The notes under the pieces: generated by a model
What the model was told of the DNA's origin: nothing
The model's input: only the letters and a program-made list of their open reading frames with translations
The model's database searches: none
Source: Chrysomallon squamiferum
Taxonomy: Eukaryota; Animalia; Mollusca
Direction: 5' to 3'
DNA: 64,000 bases
Assembly (NCBI GenBank): GCA_012295275.1
Contig: CM022666.1
Coordinates: 7,192,001 to 7,256,000, forward strand
Translations under genes and position numbers: made by a program
Shown here: positions 1 to 11,504 of the stretch, piece after piece
Layout of the letters: each line of letters begins with the position of its first letter
Numbering within the stretch: the first letter of the stretch is position 1

Positions 1-64
1 CATGTTTATATGTTTATGTATGTATGTATGCATATATGGATTGAATGTATATGTGTACATTTAT

Positions 65-109
<45 letters not shown>

Positions 110-174
110 TGTGTGTACGTATGTATATAATGTATATATTTTTGTATCTATGTATGTGGTATATATGTTGTGTG

Positions 175-208
<34 letters not shown>

Positions 209-237
209 TGTATGTATGTATGTATGTATGTATGTAT
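1..237. repeat. (TA)n/(TATG)n microsatellite
   Basis: Direct reading of the sequence. Confidence 0.95.
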
Positions 238-712
238 TGAATCTGTTTGCAGGTAGGTATATATGTATATATGTATACCTTTGCGTCGATGCCTATGTCA
301 AGGCTTCATAATATAAATTTATTTTACAGCCACACTGGAATCCATGTAAAACACATGCATTCAATTGTTCCTATAAATTAGGTACACAGAAAATTATGCA
401 GGTTCAAGCGCGGTGTGCATGCTAGTTCATTCCAGAATTATCAACTGCCTGACTATTCAGTCTGCGCGGGTTAGAAATAATGAACAAATGTTTCACGTCT
501 CTCCCGTTCACAGAAAGAACAGCAAAGTGCCAAAGATCCTGCAGTGTTTTCCAGAAAATGAGTTTGTAATTATGTTAGGCAACGCTAGTCGTGTGTGGAT
601 AATTTACTTATCTGGGATAAAAGATACGCTATTTTTGGAATAACCGAAAATAATCCAAGCTTTAAAAAATATATACATTACTACTTCTTTGTTTCGTTCT
701 CCAGAAACACAC

Positions 713-1058
<346 letters not shown>

Positions 1059-1383
1059 TGTTTTATTTACTTATTATTAATATTATTATTATTATTTTTT
1101 TTTTTTTAAACAATACCTAATCGTACACGTAGAAAACAGATTTCTTTTCAAGGGTAGACAAATCAAACTACTGCTGGCTGGTACAGGATCTCGCTTATCT
1201 CCCATGTTGCAAATAATCGTACATATTTTAATATATATTGTTGGGTTTTAAATATTATTCTGTCAGCTTATTTTATATGTTCAGAACATACTGTGAAAGC
1301 TCAGTATATGCGACACAGATATGGATACACATATGTATAAACAAAACAAAACTGAGTTATAAAAATATATATATGATTCAATC

Positions 1384-1389
1384 TTTATT
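1384..1389 (-). other. Candidate polyadenylation signal (AATAAA) of the SAT2-like gene
   Basis: AATAAA on the minus strand ~240 nt past the stop codon. The hexamer is common in AT-rich DNA, so the evidence is weak. Confidence 0.3.
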
Positions 1390-1430
1390 TCTTAAACAAG
1401 ATTCGGAATGAATATTTTTCTCGTGTAGAC

Positions 1431-1485
<55 letters not shown>

Positions 1486-1524
1486 GAATTGTAGTAGTAG
1501 TAGTAGTAGTAGTAGTAGTAATAA

Positions 1525-1577
<53 letters not shown>

Positions 1578-1588
1578 ATAATAATAAT
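1431..1588. repeat. Compound (TAA)n/(TAG)n microsatellite in the probable SAT2-like 3' UTR
   Basis: Direct reading; begins ~40 nt past the stop codon on the minus strand. Confidence 0.9.
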
Positions 1589-1629
1589 TTTGTTATGTTC
1601 GATATTAAAAATAAAAGGACATTGAAAAA

Positions 1630-1800
1630 TCATGATTCTCCGATGAATTTCTTCATTTCTGGATATTCCATTCTGAACGTGTGCCAGCCCTCTTTGGCCG
1701 TCAGATCGACTCCTCCTATCGCCTCGTAGAAACCGATAGCGGGTTTGTTCCAGTCTAAACAAGTCCAGATCATGTTTCGGCACCCCTTACTGTAACCCGT
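1630..1800 (-). CDS. SAT2: SAT2-like acetyltransferase, terminal coding exon 5
   Basis: tcatctacag| acceptor, phase 0. Encodes TGYSKGCRNMIWTCLDWNKPAIGFYEAIGGVDLTAKEGWHTFRMEYPEMKKFIGES then TGA, with LDWN..A..FY and DLT..EGW motifs. The exons sum to 519 nt, i.e. 172 aa plus stop. Confidence 0.95.
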   Translation of the reverse strand, partial: TGYSKGCRNMIWTCLDWNKPAIGFYEAIGGVDLTAKEGWHTFRMEYPEMKKFIGES

Positions 1801-1857
1801 CTGTAGATGAAAATAATATTTTATTTCTAAATATTTACGAAAACAATAAATATATAA

Positions 1858-2288
1858 TGGTAGTAGTTGTAATAGTAGTAGTAGTAGTAGTATGTCGTAA
1901 AAGTAGTAGTAATAGTAGCGGTAATAGTGGTAGTAGAAATAGTTGCAATAGTAGCAGTAACAGTAGCAGTAATAGTAGTGGTAATAGTAGCAGTAGTAGT
2001 AACAGTAGTGGTAGTGGTGGTAATAGTCGCAGTAGTAGTAGTAATAGTGGCTGTAGTAATGATAATATTAGTATATATATATTATTAGTAGAACAGAATA
2101 TTATTAGCAGTGGTGGTAATAGTAGTAGACATAGTCGTAGTAGTAGTAGTAATACTAATGATGATAACTGTACTAGTAGTAATAGTTGTGGAGGTAACAG
2201 TCGTAGTTGTTGTGGTGATAGTAGTGGTAGTAGTAGCAAAAGCAGCAGCAGTGGTAGCAGTAACAGTAGTACTAGTAGTAACAATAAT
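1858..2288. repeat. Degenerate (TAG)n tract in SAT2-like intron 4
   Basis: Direct reading; source of the poly-Ser and poly-Leu ORFs. Confidence 0.9.
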
Positions 2289-2536
2289 TCCTGGTTTTTA
2301 AATGATTATTGTGCGTGTATCGGGCAAACAAATGATCTACATAATTTTATATATCGTGGGATTTTTAATACATTTTTTTTCAATCTTTGCTAAGTATAAA
2401 ATATACTAACAGTTGTTTTTAAATTTAAAATAAAAAAATCTTGTATATTTCATTTACAATCAAACCTTTACTAACAATAAAGTACAACGACATCCAATAA
2501 GTGTATCAAAATGGAACAGATGACGTGCTAGGTAAC

Positions 2537-2573
<37 letters not shown>

Positions 2574-2623
2574 TTTTGGTTAAGGTTGATGGCGCTCAAC
2601 CTTTGTTGACAATAAAATACAGC

Positions 2624-2661
<38 letters not shown>

Positions 2662-2691
2662 ACCTTGAAAAGATAAATAAAAGTTGTCACG

Positions 2692-2726
<35 letters not shown>

Positions 2727-2756
2727 ATAAGCGCACACTGAGTTAGTCTGACTCAC

Positions 2757-2917
2757 CTTGGCCACTTGCTTCCACAGCTCAGTGCCAATGCCTCGAGAGC
2801 GGCAGTCTTCCTGGACGTACAGGTCCTCTATGTACATGACGCGCCCGTACCACGTCCTGTACGTGTAGAAAAACAGGGCGTAGCCGATCAGCTTGGGGCT
2901 CCCCTTGCTGCTCCTTT
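2757..2917 (-). CDS. SAT2: SAT2-like acetyltransferase, coding exon 4 (acetyl-CoA-binding motif A)
   Basis: ctctttaacag| acceptor and AAG|gtgagt donor. 161 nt encode (E)RSSKGSPKLIGYALFFYTYRTWYGRVMYIEDLYVQEDCRSRGIGTELWKQVAK, including the YIEDLYV and RxxGxG GNAT motifs. Confidence 0.96.
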
Positions 2918-2946
2918 CTGTTAAAGAGACAGAGGAAAACCGAGAC

Positions 2947-3568
2947 GTGTGTGTGTGTGTGTGTGTGTGTCTGTGTATATATATGAGTGTGTGTGTATAT
3001 GTATATATGAGTGTGTGTGTATCTATGTATATATGAGTGTGTATATGTATATATGAGTGTGTATGTGTATATATCTATGTATATATGAGTGTGTGTGTAT
3101 ATATATATGTATGAGTGTGTGTGTGTATCTATGTATATATGAGTGTGTATGTGTGTATATGTATATGTGTGTATGTGTATATATATCTATGTATATATGA
3201 ATGTGTATGTGTATATCTATGTATATATGAGTGTGTGTATGTATATATGAGTGTGTGTGTGTGTATACATCTATGTATATGTGAGCGTGTGTATATATTT
3301 ATATATATATGAGCGTGTGTGTATATCTATGTATGTGTGTGTGTGTATACATCTAATGTATATGTGAGCGTGTGTATATATTTATATATATATGAGTGTG
3401 TGTGTATATCTATACATATATGAGCGTGTGTGTATATCTATGTATGTATGAGTGTGTGTGTATATCTATGCATATGAGTGTATGTGTTGTATATATATAT
3501 ATATATGTATACATGAGTGTGTGTGTATATCTATGCATATGAGTGTGTATGTGTATCTATGTATATAT

Positions 3569-3616
<48 letters not shown>
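2947..3616. repeat. (GT)n/(TA)n compound tract in SAT2-like intron 3
   Basis: Direct reading; higher-order ATCTATGTATATATGAGTGTGTGTG units. Confidence 0.9.
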
Positions 3617-3617
<1 letters not shown>

Positions 3618-3764
3618 TATATTGTATTTAAGCATAGAAAAAAAACGAGGAGATGATGAATTTTGTATCAAGCGGGAATATAGGGTACTATGTAAAGAAG
3701 TAAGTAACCGATTAAGTAAGTATGTAAGTATGTCAGTAAGTAAGTAAGTAAGTAAAAAGCTTAC

Positions 3765-3833
3765 CAGATGGAACTGGTTCCGCCACTAGGCAATGATAAA
3801 ACTTGTCATCACCAAATCCGTCTTTCCTTAAAA
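3765..3833 (-). CDS. SAT2: SAT2-like acetyltransferase, coding exon 3
   Basis: tttctag| acceptor and G|gtaagc donor. 69 nt, phase 1-1, encode (V)LRKDGFGDDKFYHCLVAEPVPS, with the DGFG..FYHCLVAE signature of SAT1/SAT2. Confidence 0.95.
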
Positions 3834-4099
3834 CTAGAAAGAAAAACTTACATACAGTAATTAGCTATCTAGTTAATTAGGTAATTAAATATGTAGATGA
3901 ATAAATATACAAGTACGAAAACAAGCAATATATAAATGTAAGCACATGAATCTGAAACCTACTGCACAGATAGATGAAAACAAGATGAGAGTGAAAGAAT
4001 AAAAAGAAAGAAAGAAACACAGAGAAAAAGATAGAGTTTATTTTATTATGCAGTTAATTTCTGATTTTTGACGATTATTTAAATTATTGTTTTACTCAC

Positions 4100-4151
4100 C
4101 TTCAGCGTCAATCTTGACTCCATCAGGCATTTTTTCATAATCAGCAAGCTC
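4100..4151 (-). CDS. SAT2: SAT2-like acetyltransferase, coding exon 2
   Basis: tttcag| acceptor and G|gtgagt donor. 52 nt encode ELADYEKMPDGVKIDAE plus 1 nt, matching the ELAxYEK motif of SSAT proteins. Confidence 0.93.
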
Positions 4152-4336
4152 CTGAAAGTGCAAACAGAACAGTTTTAAAATTCACATTTTATCTCTCATA
4201 CTAGTAAGAGTCAAAACTGCCAGCGTTTACACGAAAAAATACGGTACTTCTTGTTTTCGTTACCACGAGGTAAATCTGTTATCAAACCGATATTTACCGA
4301 AAACCGCACCTGATAGGGATAAATCTTTGAAATTAC

Positions 4337-4402
4337 CTGAATTAACCTTATAATTTCATCACAGTCTTCTGATGTGGCTGGTCTCACAAGAAAATTTGCC
4401 AT
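4337..4402 (-). CDS. SAT2: SAT2-like diamine/thialysine N-acetyltransferase (GNAT family), coding exon 1
   Basis: AAAC-ATG-G start. 66 nt encode MANFLVRPATSEDCDEIIRLIQ, resembling SAT1/SAT2 N-termini. Ends at a CAG|gtaatt donor, phase 0. Confidence 0.93.
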
Positions 4403-4844
4403 GTTTTCGTTTTAGCAAAACGAGCGGAAAATCTCGACAGGTTCGTAGGAGTTATTTCCCTTCCTCAATACCGTTGTGCTTCTACGAAACGAGTTCAATA
4501 CAAAATCTGTTACCCATTTTAACTACGTCTACTTTTACTGCATCTACTTTTACTACATCTACTTCTACAACATCTACTTATACTACCTCTACATACCGTT
4601 ACTACAACAACTGCTAATATTACTATTACTGTTACAAAAAGAACAACTACTACTATTATTACTCTATTACCACAACAACAACAACTACTACTACTATTAA
4701 TAATATAATTTATATTTTAATATATCACAAGCTATGTGCATGACCACTGCATGTGTTAATATACGCATGTATGTTAATTTGATGTACAGCAACACTTTTA
4801 CACACATACTCAGATGCACAGTCACCATCATAGACAGTCAGTCA

Positions 4845-5065
4845 GACAGTTAACACTGCACAAACAAAACAGACAGTTAACATTGCACAAATAACAAAGT
4901 TAACACTACACACACAACACAAACAGTATGTACTACTGAAACAACACAGACAGTTAACATTGCACACACAACACAGACAGTTAGCATTGCACACACAACA
5001 CATTCAGTTAGCATTGTACATACAACACAGTCAGTTAGCATTGCACACATAGACCATGCACTCAC
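4845..5065. repeat. ~27-bp minisatellite
   Basis: Repeated ACAGTTA(A/G)CATTGCACACACAACACAG-like units. Explains the MLTVCVVCA periodic ORF. Confidence 0.8.
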
Positions 5066-5481
5066 AGAAAACAAGAACATACGCGCACCTGTTCATCGAT
5101 GGACACACAGACACACAGAGGTAGGCAGGCACCCACCACAGACACACAGACATTTCTGACGTACGCACAGACAGATATACTATATGAACATTAATAAACC
5201 TTTCTCTTGCGTGTGGATCAGAGTTTTGATGAGACAGATTTGAACGTAACACCTGCGACTTGCTGACATGTGTTGTATGTACTGTTTACATGTATGTTCA
5301 GTTACATGTGTGTGTGTGTGTGTGTGTGTCTGTGTGTGTGTATCTATCTCTCTATCTATCTCTCTATATATTAATGATATATTTGTGTTTTTGGAATGTG
5401 ACTATGAGAATAAATTAAAGTATGTACGTCTATGTGTATTATGGAACAGGTGTGGGTATATGTCTGTAAATGAGTGTGATT

Positions 5482-5822
5482 GTATGTATGTATGTATGTA
5501 TGTATGTATGTGTGTGTGTGTGTATGTATGTATGCATGCATGCATGCATGTATGTATGTATGTATGTATGTATGTATGTATGTATATATATGTATGTATG
5601 TATATATGTTTGTATGTATGTATGTTTGTATGTATGTATGTATGTATGTATATTTGTATGTATATATGTATGTATGTATATATGTATGTATGTATGTATG
5701 TATATATGTATGTAGGTATGTATGTATATATGTATGTATGTATGTATATTTGTATGTATATATGTATGTATGTATGTATAAATGTATGTATGTATGTATG
5801 TATATTTGTATGTATGTATATA
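5482..5822. repeat. (TATG)n microsatellite
   Basis: Direct reading of the sequence. Confidence 0.95.
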
Positions 5823-6494
5823 CGTGTTCATGCATGTATGTATGCTTACATCTCTGTACGAATGTAAATGTTGTATGTATGTGTGTGTGCTTGTGAATGT
5901 GTATTTAAAAACAATTTTCGTCGCGCTTAAATAAATAAATTATCAAAAAATTGTATTGAATCAAAACCAGGGACAATGAGGAAAGAAAGAACGATTGAAA
6001 AAGTGATAAATAAAAATAAATATAGAAGTAAAAAAAATAAAAAATGAAATCATCAATCAGCATTTTTTTTTTTTTAAATATATTCTTACTCCACAAGAGA
6101 GAGAGCTGTAACGAGGTATGGAAAGATAACACTATTTAATTACCTACTTTGCCTTTGAGGAAACGAAATCGGTTTGAAGATGTCTTCGATTACTTTTCAT
6201 TTTCAGCCGTCTTCTTCGAAAATGTCTTTATCAACGACGGCAATGCGAGACAAAAAACACGATGAACGACATTACAGACCCTTCTACGGGAACCAGAATA
6301 TCCAGGCATCGGCAGTAACACAGGCTTTGGTAAATTAAAAACGGGTGAAAAAAAACCGCACATACTTATATTCGTATTAAGCATTACCAGTTCAGATTAC
6401 TCTACGTAATAAAAATGAAATTAGGAATTTCGTACGAGCCGACGTCATAATATGACAACCGCCGGCTTACTGTTGGTTTTTGGTTACCATGCTG

Positions 6495-6533
<39 letters not shown>

Positions 6534-6639
6534 GTAAAGAGGAAAAGTTAATATGGCTGAAATCAGAAATATATTTTAATATGGTTGTGTAGAAAATTGT
6601 TTATGTGATAGCTTTGATGATGATCTAACTGGTTAGGGT

Positions 6640-6830
6640 TTTTGGTTTAAGCGTGATACGTCTCTGGTTCAAGTCTGTCCGACTTGGTCAGCGGTCTCTT
6701 TTCTTCTACAGCCATCGCTCACAACTGGTTTATCAAAGAACGCGGCAAGTTCATTCCCGCTTACGAGAAGGTGCTAGCAAAAGATTATATTTTGCTAAAG
6801 GTTCATTGCGTGGTTAAAGAGGTTTTTTTC
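6640..6830 (+). mobile_element. Degenerate tRNA-headed SINE remnant, Meta/MESC-core-like
   Basis: B-box-like GGTTCAAGTC (~6666) is followed by CAGCCATCGCTCACAACTGGTTTATCAAAGAACGCGG...GGTGC...AAAAGAT. This resembles, from memory, the central domain of molluscan Meta/MESC SINEs; not database-verified. Confidence 0.5.
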
Positions 6831-7458
6831 TTTCTGTTAATGTCTATGCTGCATTTTCTTTAATAATATTCATGAGAAAGTAAAGTGCATGTATGAATGT
6901 ATGTATGTATGTATTTATGTACGTATGTTTGTATGTATCTTTGTATGTATGTATGTATATATGTATCTATGTATATATACGTTGCTATTTCTTTGTTTCG
7001 TTCTCCAGAATCTCTCTCTGTGTCTGTGCGTATGTTTGTATGTGTGTCTGTCTGTCTGTCTGTGTGTATGTATGTATGTGTCAGTTGTCTGTGTACGTAA
7101 GTAAGTATATAGAGGTATCTGTTAGTTTACTTTTGTGTCGCGTGTTGCTGTTTGTTTGTCTGTGTGTTTGCGAACGCACTTTTAAGTCAGCTTAGAAAAG
7201 AAATTCTATCAGATAACTAATCGTCATCAATCGTGTTGTTGCCCCAGACAAACCAAATTAAGACTGAACAAAGGTCGAGTGAACTCTTCTACGGTTTTTT
7301 CTAACAGCAGACTCATGCAGCCTTGATAATGTGTCATTTGAAGTGACTTTATTTTCGTAGAAAACACATTTTCTCGACAAAGCAGAATACATCCGCCAAA
7401 TAATTACATTTGTTGCTCGACAAGAACAGAATGTGAATATAAATATAAAGTTACCATT

Positions 7459-8621
7459 AAACCTAAGTCAGTCCGAACACTTATCCTAACTCTATCCCTA
7501 ACCCTGAACCCTAATCCTAAGCCTAATCATAGCGAAACCCTATTCCTCAGCCAAATATTAGCCTAACACTAAACCTAACCCTAAATATAACACAAACCCT
7601 AACCCTAGCTCTAACCCTAACCATAAACCTAAAGGTAAACCGAACCCTACCCCTAACATTAACCCTGCCTTTACCCTAATCTTAACCCTGCGTTTACCCT
7701 AAACCTAACCCAAACCCTAACCCTAACCCTAACACTAGCCCTAACCCTAGCCTAGCCCTAACACTAGGACTAACCCTAGCACTAACCCTAGCCCTAAACC
7801 TAACCCTAACCCTAGCTCTAACCCTAACCCTAAACCTAGCCCTCACCCTAATCCTAACCCTAACCCTAACACAAACCTTAACCCTAGCTCTAACCCTAGC
7901 CCTAACCCTAGCCCTAAACCTAACCCTAACCCTAACCCTAACCCTAACCCTAACCTAACCCTAAACATAGCCATAACACTAAACCTAACTCTAAACCTAA
8001 CCCTAACTCTAAACCTAAACGTAACCTAACCATAACACTAGCGCTAAACCTAGTCCTAACTCTAACTCTAGCCCTAACCCTAACCCTAACCCTAGCCCTA
8101 ACACTAGCCCTAACCCTAACCCAAGCCATAAACCTAACACTAACCCTAACACTAGCCCTAACGCTAGACCTAACCCTAACACTAGCCGTAACCTAACCAT
8201 AACCATAACCATAACCATAACCTTAACCCTAACCCTAACCCTAACCCTAACCCTAACCCTAACCCTAACCCTAACCCTAACCCTAGCCCTAACCCAAGCC
8301 ATAACCCTAACCCTAACCTTAGCCCTAACCCTAATCATAACCCTAATACTAACCCCAACACTAGCCCTATCCCTAACACAAACACTAACCCTAAACCTAG
8401 CCTCGGCCATGCCCTAAGATTAACCCTACACTAGCCCTAACCCTAACACTAACCCAAGACATAAGCTTAGCCTTAACCCTAAACTTAACCACAGCTCTAA
8501 CCCTAACCCTAAACCTAGCCCTAGCCATAACCCTATTCCTAGCACTAACCCTAACTCTAACCCTAATAGCCCTAACCCTAACCATAGCACTAATCCTAGC
8601 CTAGCCCTAACCCTAACCCCA
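7459..8621. repeat. Interstitial telomere-like array, degenerate (CCCTAA)n / (TTAGGG)n
   Basis: ~1.15 kb with 6-bp periodicity. Perfect CCCTAA runs at ~7920-7955 and ~8225-8285 are mixed with variants (CCCTAG, CACTAA, CCATAA, CTCTAA, ACCTAA). Confidence 0.92.
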
Positions 8622-10779
8622 ATGTTAATCTGAGTGTTTAAAAAGAATTTAAAATAAAGTATTTTCTAATATGTATGAAGTTTTAAAAAGAAAAAAAACG
8701 TTCGTGACCAAAGAGGTGGGTCAGGGTTAGAATCAATTGGTGACAGATTTAAATATTTGCTTATGTCACGAGAATTTTAGTTAATCCGTGAATCTCTAAC
8801 ATACAGGTAGAAAATAAGCAACTGTATTACATAAAGGGTCTGGTTTATATTTTCTGGCTAATTCCATATTTGGAAAACTGGTACACAGGCGTATAAAGAG
8901 GCCTAGACTCAGATGTACCCCATGAATCCACGTTCACAGACACATACATACATACACTATCGAGTGGAGAATGACAACACTGTTCTGTAACAGCAGACAG
9001 GAATGTGGCTGGTGCATTTCTGATGTTAATCTAACAGATTTAAAAATTTGTTGTTGTTTTTTCTAATATGTATGAAGTTTTAAAGAGAAAAAAAATAACC
9101 CTAGATCGATCCAATTTTATTACCTTTTTTTTTCATTAACAATAATTTCATTTGTTTTCATTTCATTTAAATTTTTGCTTGATGTTGTATCCTTTGAATT
9201 TTAGTTAATTATCTTGAAATATGAACAAAAAAAAAAAAAAAGAAAGAAAATAAAAGAACTGATATATTTATAAAGGGTCTGGTTTATATTTTGCGTAAAA
9301 GGCTTAAAATAACTTCCATATTTGGAAAACTGTCGGTAGTCAGGACGTGTTAATATTTATAAAGCTAGGTCCCGCTTCGCCGTCATCACGACTTTACATC
9401 AGTGTTTCCACAACGTCAGCCGACTGATTCCGCAAAGGTGGTAACGTCAACGGAACGACTCTGAAGTAATCAAAAGTCTTGCGAAACACACACAAACACA
9501 TCGATAGCTACAGGTGAGAAAAACACGTGATTCGAGTGAGTTTTAATTTACTGAAAACTGTGAAACGCAGGTTCATATCACACAGTTAAACCTATTATAC
9601 GGTATTTAAACAGACACGATAGGTTTAAATGTGTTATTTTAATTAATTACTTTCCGTGATATTTAATCAAGTCTTCCAGATAGCGTTAACATTATTAAAG
9701 GAAAAAGGATTATGTCATCTTTGTTAACGATCAGTGTTATTTTTAATTAATCATATATTTTTTTTTTTGATAAGCTTTTACAGGAGATCATTGGTGACTA
9801 AAAACGTCAACAGAACATAACAAAACAGATGTTACAACTGCATCAACAGTTTAGTGATGATAACAGAACATGAGACATATACTGATTAAAAAGAATTTAT
9901 ACCGAAGTGTGGACAGACAGACAAAAACACAGATAAATACACACTCACATATGTACCGTATAAAAATACACACACACACACACATATATATACACATACG
10001 TACATCGACACATACATACATACGTACATGCGTTCATATCTACATACATAGATACATGATTACATATATTCATACATAAATATATACATACATATGTACA
10101 TACATATACATATATACATACATACATAGATACATACACACATACATACATACATTCATACATTCATACATTCATACACACATACATATATACATTCATA
10201 TATATATACATACATATGGAAAGTCACACATAGAAAAACCCCATCAATCCACGTTCACAGACACACACAGATACACATATTCTCAGTACTAATAATTCAC
10301 ATATATTTCGACACATCCATGAACTCAGATACAAACACCAACGTCCCACATGCGTGCACATCGTAACAATACAATATTTATATATTTTCTCCAGTATTCA
10401 TCATCATAAACATATAAATGAAATACATCGATGAAAACAAAAATTGCTTTGAGCTGTTCGGTTATTATTTTATTCTGCACAAGCACATATTGGTCGAAAC
10501 TTTATAGCTTAATTCTTAAAATAAATAAATAATTAAAAAAATAAAAAAAAAAAAAAAAATAAAAAAAAAAACTAAAAAAAAAAAAAAAAAAAAACAAATA
10601 AACATACGAACAAACAAACAGACAGTATAAACAAAAAACAAACAGAAACCAAAAATAAAATAAATAAATAAATATATAAATAAATAAGCTTAAAAACAAA
10701 ACCAAAAAAAAAAAAAGAAAGAAGAAAATGCAAAAACGCACATGGCGATCGAGAACACGGGCACGCTATATGTGAGCAG

Positions 10780-11000
10780 ATCTGTGATTGGTTCGTTATC
10801 GATCCTTTGTTGAAACACCGGTTGTTTCGCCTATTATGAGTGGCCAATTGCTGATCAATAGATTCTTGCACAAATCTTCCAATAGCGACTTGCAAATTAC
10901 TCGACGTTACTGTGGAACCGAGTGCTGGTAGCAAACAGAACGTCCAAAGACTTCGTTCGCTCTGTGCTATTTGTGTGAATTACCAGAATCAGTTCGGCAC
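10780..11000 (+). promoter_or_regulatory. Putative core promoter of the receptor gene
   Basis: CpG-containing non-repetitive island with three CCAAT/ATTGG boxes (~10786, ~10843, ~10879) and an initiator-like TCAGTT at 10989-10994, ~500 nt upstream of the ORF. Confidence 0.4.
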
Positions 11001-11005
11001 AGACG

Positions 11006-11043
<38 letters not shown>

Positions 11044-11504
11044 AAGAGGACGTTGCGTTGTGTGTGCGTGCGTTTCTTGTGCATTCCGAACTCTAGTTTT
11101 GTTTCGAATGGAAAAGCAGACGGCGAAAGCAGACGTTAATTCATAAAAGCAGACGTTACATTGTTAAAAGCAGACATATCGTTAAAAACAAAAAAAAAGA
11201 GGATAAATTTCCTGGTATTAAGTGACAATGTCGAAACGACTAAGAAACAACTTGAGAACATGAACGAGAGAAAAAAATATATCAGAAAATAATAAATGAA
11301 TAGAAAATAATAATAATAATAAAACAAATAATAGAAGAAAAAAGAGCTTTAGACAAAGTGTGAACAAATTCAGTTATCATGCAGGAAGAAGAAAGCTATA
11401 AATAACAACTGTTAAAAAAAAAAAAAAAAAAAAACTTTTACGAAGATGATGATATAAACGAACGTCGACAGAAGATGTGTACGTGATCCACCACCCAAAC
11501 CTCA

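Noticed and set aside
1385-1783. 132-aa minus-strand ORF over the last SAT exon
   Set aside because: Wrong frame. The spliced frame gives the conserved LDWN/EGW motifs and stops at 1630.
1835-2393. Long poly-Leu and poly-Ser ORFs, and the many similar SL/ER/YI/CV-repeat ORFs across the window
   Set aside because: They are translations of di-, tri- and tetranucleotide microsatellites and show no coding signal.
8015-8585. RV/LG-repeat ORFs on the minus strand
   Set aside because: They are translations of the TTAGGG-like array. Nothing supports expression.
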